Source of the DNA: a virus
Lineage: Duplodnaviria > Caudoviricetes
Strand: one strand, 5' to 3'
Length of the DNA stretch: 27,540 nucleotides
Virus record (IMG/VR): IMGVR_UViG_3300003375_000111
Location: 1 to 27,540 of that record
Positions 23,101 through 27,540 of this stretch are shown here, in pieces. The notes below the pieces were generated by a model. The model was given only the letters and a program-made list of their open reading frames with translations, had not been told where the DNA came from and did not search any database. The first letter of the stretch is position 1. Every line of letters starts with the position of its first letter. Made by a program: the position numbers and the translations under genes.

Positions 23101-25249
23101 TGAACAGGCCACCCGTCGCAGTGAGGCCGCTCGGCGTCGGCAGGGCGGAGAACAGGACCGGGTAAGCCGTGGCCGTGCTCAGGTCCTGGAGGCCGCCGCC
23201 GTACACGTTCAGTGCTGGAAGCTTGACCCAGATGCCTGTCCCGAGCTGATCCGCGGTGACCGGCAGGCTGAAAACATTGCTTCTCAGCGCGCCAAAGGGG
23301 GCACCGGCCGCGTGCGCGGCGACGGCCGTACCGTACTGGCCCCGGCGCAGGTAGGTCAGGCTGTAGGCTCCCGCACCCGTCAGCGTTGCCGTTTCGTAGC
23401 TGATCAGCTCACCGTCAACATAGCACAGCGAGCGGTTTGCGTCCGCATCCGCCTGGCTGACCGAAATCAGCGTGCCGGCAGACTCGGACAGGTTCACGGC
23501 CAACGTGTCAGTCGTATCCGGGTCCGCAGTGGCCGCGAGCGAGCCGGCCAGGACGCCCTGAGTAGATGCCGTGGTGATCTTCCCTTGGTAGGCGTAGGTA
23601 CTGCCGTCGCCGCTGACCCATACCTCGCATCCACCCCAGTCTCCGACGCCGGAGGCCAGAAGCCAGAGTGCAGTCGCGTTGCTGGACAACTGCGTCGGCG
23701 GCATAAACACGATGGGCGCATTGGTGTTGGCCGGCGTTCCGTTGTAGTTTGCGGTGTAACCAAGCGAGGTACCGATGTTGAACTCGGCCGGCTGGGCGGC
23801 GCCGATCATCACCTCTTCGCCGGTGAACTTCAGATTGCCGTACTCATCCTCCTCAATGCTGGTAATGCGCACCAGCGCTTCTTCGACGCCAAGCGCCGAA
23901 TCGGTCAGCGTGACCAGGTCCATCGGCTCCAACATGCAGAACAGGACGGACAGGCTCCATGTGTACACATTGCGCGTCGACTGGATGCGCTGAAGCCGGA
24001 GCTGAGCGCTGGTCTGTGCAATCAGCGGATCGCAGATTTCGACATGCTGCTGAGGTGACTCGTTTCGCAGGCCGTAGAGGTCGATGCTGGTTTGATCCTT
24101 GACCTGAATCGGGACCGTGTTGTAGTCGTTGATCCGATTCGTATAGTTGACCGTGACACAGTTGAACGCGTCGACCCGGTCGCTGATCTCCAGTGAAACA
24201 GGGTCATCCTGATCCTTGGCTATGAACTGGTCGTCGGTCAGATCGAAGATCGGCGTCAGGTCAGGGGTAAATGTTGCACCATTCCCGGTCACCGTCATGT
24301 CGCCGCGCGGGACGATCTTCAGCAGGCCATCGGACCAGAACATCTCGGAGTTCGTGATCTCCATGATCCGCTGGGGGATGCTGCTGGCCGCTTCCTGTTG
24401 GTTTACCGTCAGGCTAAGCAGCAGGGTGTTGGCGGCGCAATAGGTCGTGTAGGCAGTCCAGTCTCCCAGGAGTGCTGTCGGCATTCCGACGCCATAGCTG
24501 ACGTTTGTCAGCAAATCCTCCAGGATCAACGCCGGGTTGCAGTCCGGGAAAATTTGGGTCCAGTAAGTGGAGTTTGGCGGCTGTTGGTTCGTGTTTGCGG
24601 TAGCGCAGACGAACGTTCCTCCGGTGAGGCCGTAGGCAACCATGCCGACTGTATAGGCGGTGGTGGCTGACCAGACCGTGATTCCGCTGGTGCCGAGCGT
24701 GTTGACCGCCGCTTCCATTGTCGCGCCGGCGGTACTTGTGAATTGGGCAAACCCGGCCACTTCAAAGTTATGGTTCGGCAGCTGCGCGCTTGAGTCCAGC
24801 GGGTAGTTCTGCGCCGTCAGGTAGCAGGTATAGGGGTAGGCGCGCGACTGGGCCGGGTAGTTCGACGCAAGCCAGCTCCAGGGTGTCTGTGTTGCTGTGC
24901 CCAGGACATAGTCAAAGTTGTTTGGCTGCTGGGTGATCGCCTGGTAGGCGCCATCTAGCCAGACGCCGATCAGCGCGTTCACCGGTCCCTCGCACAGGGC
25001 CATGATGACCGTGGCCATGTAGGTGTTCCCAGCCCCGCCGGTTTTGCTGGATTGGCCACCCTTGCCGCCGCTGCTACCTGTCTGCTGAAAGTCTCCGTAC
25101 CAGATCAGGTTTGGCGCAAGGCGCGTTTGCCCGTAAACAATGGGGATACCTGCAGTGCTGATGCTAGTTTGGACCTGTATGCCCTGGTAGACGGTCGAGT
25201 TGGCCCCTCCGGCACCACCAAAACCAAGCCACTTCATCGCACCTGACAT
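20123..25249 (-). CDS. Tail tip / host-specificity protein (gpJ-like central fibre)
   Basis: IPIVYGQTRLAPNLIWYGDF, ALCEGPV, LEPMDLVTL, FN3-like domain, coiled-coil repeats, DUF1983-like VSGIEL...FIVLADNF; GGAG RBS before ATG 25249. Confidence 0.9.
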   Translation of the reverse strand: MSGAMKWLGFGGAGGANSTVYQGIQVQTSISTAGIPIVYGQTRLAPNLIWYGDFQQTGSSGGKGGQSSKTGGAGNTYMATVIMALCEGPVNALIGVWLDGAYQAITQQPNNFDYVLGTATQTPWSWLASNYPAQSRAYPYTCYLTAQNYPLDSSAQLPNHNFEVAGFAQFTSTAGATMEAAVNTLGTSGITVWSATTAYTVGMVAYGLTGGTFVCATANTNQQPPNSTYWTQIFPDCNPALILEDLLTNVSYGVGMPTALLGDWTAYTTYCAANTLLLSLTVNQQEAASSIPQRIMEITNSEMFWSDGLLKIVPRGDMTVTGNGATFTPDLTPIFDLTDDQFIAKDQDDPVSLEISDRVDAFNCVTVNYTNRINDYNTVPIQVKDQTSIDLYGLRNESPQQHVEICDPLIAQTSAQLRLQRIQSTRNVYTWSLSVLFCMLEPMDLVTLTDSALGVEEALVRITSIEEDEYGNLKFTGEEVMIGAAQPAEFNIGTSLGYTANYNGTPANTNAPIVFMPPTQLSSNATALWLLASGVGDWGGCEVWVSGDGSTYAYQGKITTASTQGVLAGSLAATADPDTTDTLAVNLSESAGTLISVSQADADANRSLCYVDGELISYETATLTGAGAYSLTYLRRGQYGTAVAAHAAGAPFGALRSNVFSLPVTADQLGTGIWVKLPALNVYGGGLQDLSTATAYPVLFSALPTPSGLTATGGLFMIDLSWQVTTTRTDIEYVEIWGSQSDSRSSAVLLTTVPWPNNTWQHNGLQPGVSWFYWARVVDMAADHGAFFPTSATAGVQGAPSADSSTLLTQLEGAVGLAQLASALATPIGQIPAIQIAVDQIPAIQTTVDQIPAIQGSVQGLARADLAKSLLTDSLASQALFQGVVNNATISVDPTTGAISLVATANVTTDVEQAINQLTTEYNAIQGTITSTVANVTTMQGSLSSAQSQITQLSNAVNLSATQVYVDSSVANATGALTVEAANAAQALATAALQGALTADAANLSALVNAANVAAANTQITANANAISAQASQITTLFSNVGTNSAGLAAEAITRANADTSLSEQITSLTATVTTNAATAAANLATQASTSAAATTAVSTLVSQLTATVTANNSAQSAALSTEATTRANADTALSNQITTLSATVTSNSSTDAANLATEASTRASADSALSTLITNLTATVTSNNTSQTASLATESSTRAGADTALSNEITSLTSTVTSNATTNAAALATEATTRASADTALSDQLTTLTSTVTANNTAQSASLASEATTRANADSALSSEISSLTATVTANNSTNTAGLATEVSTRAAADSALSAQISNLSGTVTTNASTIAANLATEASTRATADTALSAEIATLSSTVTTNASTAAANLATEASTRSSADSALSTSISQLSATVTANNNTLTSQIQSVSTTTTTATNANASAITSLQSSLSSTNSTVSGLSSSLATVQTQATTTADTVAGLAANYTIQVQAGGYVSGIELAAGGGSSSFIVLADNFLVAQPSAGATPQQVFIVGDVGGVTAVGINGALIVNGSIVGNAVIASGSITAAQMSTETITAASGVLASASVGTLTIAGNSVTVPVGAYYSGAVYTGAGYNTNLIAAYVNRSNGAGGAVPMTGIISYTHQNNGSSFYGDAHTVAVQVVRSADGATVFWGTFSASGAWTTPYSATFQDSYSGPTWYTLQYYITSGSANAYYSAMTLIETRR
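21029..22108 (-). repeat. Ten tandem 108-bp (36-aa) degenerate coding repeats
   Basis: Unit LATEAxTRAxADxALSxxIxxLTxTVTxNxxxxAAx at exact 108-bp spacing (unit starts 22108 and 21136 checked). Confidence 0.9.
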
Positions 25250-25683
25250 TAGGACTCCCCAAAAACAGAATAAATGCCAGCGAGACGTGGGCGCAGCCGG
25301 CTGCTCATGCCGTCTCCCATAGAAACCTGCCTGTCGGGTGCATAGGCATGAATGATGGTCGGCCACTCGACGACGATGGCGCCATGGCTGATGCAGCGCC
25401 CGAACCGGTAGACCGCGACATCGCCAGGCAGAGGCGCGGCGACAGGGTGCGCGAAACGCGTCACGGTGGCGAGGTATCGCTCCTCATCCCGGTGCAACAT
25501 CCAGTCGGGCGGGTAGAAGCCTGCATCGAACCACTCAATCAACCCGACGGCCGAGTAAACCTCGACCAGAATCTGAGCGCAGTCAACGCCGGCACCCTTC
25601 ACGCGCGCCGCATGGTGGTATGGCGTGCGCAGCCAAGTGCGAGCCTCCGCAACGATGGCGGCGCGGGTTTCTTGCTCGGTCAT
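25249..25683 (-). CDS. NlpC/P60 tail-associated peptidase
   Basis: ARTWLRTPYHH, GVDCA, PGDV, HGAI, IHA. Confidence 0.92.
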   Translation of the reverse strand: MTEQETRAAIVAEARTWLRTPYHHAARVKGAGVDCAQILVEVYSAVGLIEWFDAGFYPPDWMLHRDEERYLATVTRFAHPVAAPLPGDVAVYRFGRCISHGAIVVEWPTIIHAYAPDRQVSMGDGMSSRLRPRLAGIYSVFGES

Positions 25684-25685
25684 GT

Positions 25686-26552
25686 CTAGAGGGCCGTTTC
25701 TGGAACGGGCACGAACTCGAAGCCACGGAAGTGCACCAGATTGTTGAACTTCGCAGTACAGGTCGCGCTGGTGTGATCACACCCAGCGTAGGCGGTGAAC
25801 GAGTCCCCAATGGCCGGCGGGTAGAGCAGCGGCATAGCTAGACCGAAGGCACCGGCGCCCGAGCTGAGCACGGTTCGGCGCTCGCCTGCGTTCTGCCCGC
25901 TGGTGAACTGGACATAGCCCTGCGTGAAGTATCCGGCCGGCTGCGTCATCGTGCCGGTCGTCAGGTACATCTGCGTTGAGTGAACCCCGGCCGTCATGCT
26001 TGCGGAGTAGCTGGCCCGGTTCAGCGTGCAGCCGCTGTCATACAGCGAGTGCAGGCAGGTCGGCTGGTAGGTGTTTTTCGGCAACTGCAGGTCCATCATC
26101 ACCACGTAGGACTTGACCTTGATCTTGGCCGCCGTGCGGGTCACGTCCAGCGTGCTGACGCGGCCCAGGAAGTTATTGATGATCCCGACCGGGGCGTTCC
26201 AAGCTGTCAGAAACAGGCGGTCCAGACGGACCTGGGCGGCGTCAAGGCCGCTGTTGCGAACAAATTGGAGGGTTGGCAGGCCCTCAGTGTGCGCGCTGGT
26301 GTTTGCCATCAGCGTCAGGTCCATCTCGGCAACCTCGACGCCGATCTTGCTTGCCGTCTTCGAGCGCACGAACGTGATATTCCCGGAGCCAGAGCTGTAG
26401 AGCTGGCCGTTCCAGGTCACATCCTGGTCCGCGTTGGACAGGCAAACGACGGTGCCATCGTTCAGCGTGATGGTCAGCAGGTCGCAGATGCACAGCTCAT
26501 TGGTGCTGGTGCTGGTCAGCAGGGTCATCAGGGGAGCGGAGACGTTTTTCAC
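25686..26552 (-). CDS. DUF2163 / Phage_BR0599 baseplate hub protein
   Basis: C.HSLYD.GC, F.SG.NAG, GCDHT..TC..KFNN..HFRGF..VP. Confidence 0.9.
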   Translation of the reverse strand: MKNVSAPLMTLLTSTSTNELCICDLLTITLNDGTVVCLSNADQDVTWNGQLYSSGSGNITFVRSKTASKIGVEVAEMDLTLMANTSAHTEGLPTLQFVRNSGLDAAQVRLDRLFLTAWNAPVGIINNFLGRVSTLDVTRTAAKIKVKSYVVMMDLQLPKNTYQPTCLHSLYDSGCTLNRASYSASMTAGVHSTQMYLTTGTMTQPAGYFTQGYVQFTSGQNAGERRTVLSSGAGAFGLAMPLLYPPAIGDSFTAYAGCDHTSATCTAKFNNLVHFRGFEFVPVPETAL

Positions 26553-27139
26553 AGCTTCACCGACTGAAATTGAATTTTCTTGAGCTGCCAGAGATTGAGC
26601 GCGAACTGCTCAAACTCGGTGATGTCGTCCATGAATCGGCACCGGAAATAGTACGTGCCAGACCAAGTCAACGCGGCGCCGGCTGCTGGCGCGGACGCGA
26701 ACGTAACAATGCCAGTGCTGCCCAGCGTGTAGGCTGTGGTCGGCGTCCCGTTGATGTAAATCGTCGGCGCGCTGTTCAGGTTCTGAATTGGCTCGGTGAA
26801 TCCGCCCATGCTGCGCGTCAGCTGGAAGGCTGTCGTGGACCCATCGCCGGCGCCGAAGCTGGTATTGGCTGCAGTGTCGTCGCTGGGGTCGTCGAACAGG
26901 AAGCTGTCCCACATCCCCAAGCGCGCGAGCACGAAACCCATCAGCGTTTGAATTTCGCTGAACCCGTTGGCGCCGCGCAAGACCTCAAAGGTCAACGTGA
27001 ACTCCCAGATCGGGTAGCTCATCAGCGCGAGGCGGATTTCCTTGCCAGAGGATGCCTGCTGCACACTGGTTTTGAAGCGCGGCGTCTTTGTGACGGACCA
27101 GCCCAGGCCAGGCATGACGGGAAATACAGCGTTGCTCAT
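26549..27139 (-). CDS. DUF2460 distal tail protein
   Basis: P.FKT.V....SGKE.R, F..R.G..DSFLF.DP.D, GDG.TT.FQL, CRF..D. Confidence 0.9.
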   Translation of the reverse strand: MSNAVFPVMPGLGWSVTKTPRFKTSVQQASSGKEIRLALMSYPIWEFTLTFEVLRGANGFSEIQTLMGFVLARLGMWDSFLFDDPSDDTAANTSFGAGDGSTTAFQLTRSMGGFTEPIQNLNSAPTIYINGTPTTAYTLGSTGIVTFASAPAAGAALTWSGTYYFRCRFMDDITEFEQFALNLWQLKKIQFQSVKL

Positions 27140-27540
27140 TTTCTGAAATTCCGCATGGCTTCCTTGGCCGCCCGGGCGAGTGCCTGGCCGTTATTCTTGA
27201 ACAGGCGCGCGACATCCTGGGAGTCAGTCGCGTGGATGTGGATGTTGGGCGAGCTGCTGCCCTGGCCGCCGCCCTCGAAGAACTCCCGCATTGGCTGCGC
27301 GACCTTCGCGGGCATGATCGTTTCATTCTTGTGCACCAGGTTAAGCCGGTCGCTGGGTACGTTCCACTCGCCGCCTGCGGACGACACAAGGCTTAGGGAG
27401 CCCATACACAGCGCCATCATTTCATCGAAGGCGTCGGTCGCCATTTCCGGGCCCACGATGGGTATCGGTGCCACGGCGGCGGCGGCACCAGTTGCCGCCA
27501 TTGCCGCGTTTGCCGGGACGACGCCAGCCGCCTCGACTTT
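27136..27540 (-). CDS. Tape measure protein C-terminus (partial)
   Basis: SAGGEWNVP...LVHKNETIMP...NIHIHATDS motif; immediately upstream of DUF2460; runs off window. Confidence 0.8.
   Translation of the reverse strand, partial: KVEAAGVVPANAAMAATGAAAAVAPIPIVGPEMATDAFDEMMALCMGSLSLVSSAGGEWNVPSDRLNLVHKNETIMPAKVAQPMREFFEGGGQGSSSPNIHIHATDSQDVARLFKNNGQALARAAKEAMRNFRK

Larger units (their letters stand above)
1..27540. mobile_element. Temperate tailed phage (siphovirus-like) genome segment spanning the att site
   Basis: Recombination, antirepressor, integrase, lysis and tail genes fill the window; early (+) and late (-) operons converge on a tRNA-fragment att core; no host housekeeping genes seen. 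Confidence 0.96.

Noticed and set aside
21042-24058. Long + strand ORFs (21042..21941, 22898..24058)
   Set aside because: Antisense shadows of the GC-rich tail tip gene with no recognisable motifs

Overview
GC-rich temperate siphovirus-type phage DNA. The host is probably betaproteobacterial, inferred from gene content and the tRNA-Gly fragment. The window appears to span the attP junction of an excised or circular genome. The left arm (1-10503, + strand) is the early operon: pentapeptide-repeat protein, RecT and YqaJ-type exonuclease, KTSC protein, DUF1566/Lcl protein, a complete C4-type antisense-RNA/antirepressor module with two antirepressors, a chain of tiny coupled ORFs, DUF1643, DUF4224 (putative excisionase) and a tyrosine integrase. 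A 47-bp 3' half of tRNA-Gly(CCC) at 10635-10681 marks the att core. The right arm (mostly - strand) is the end of the late operon: tape-measure C-terminus, DUF2460, DUF2163, NlpC/P60, tail tip protein with ten 36-aa repeats, tail fibre with S74 chaperone, assembly chaperones, and an unusual lysis region (GH73 endolysin, DUF6527-like, HNH-like, holin-like, two lipoproteins, class-3 lipase). Two accessory cassettes are present: an inverted BrnT/BrnA-like TA pair and a small protein + retropepsin-like protease pair beside attP. The most notable observations are matching 27-bp intragenic palindromes in both antirepressor genes, the protease cassette, the lipoprotein/lipase lysis tail, a DGR-target-like gene with no RT or TR in the window, and a LexA-box match in the attP arm. 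Family calls come from motif recognition by eye, not database searches.
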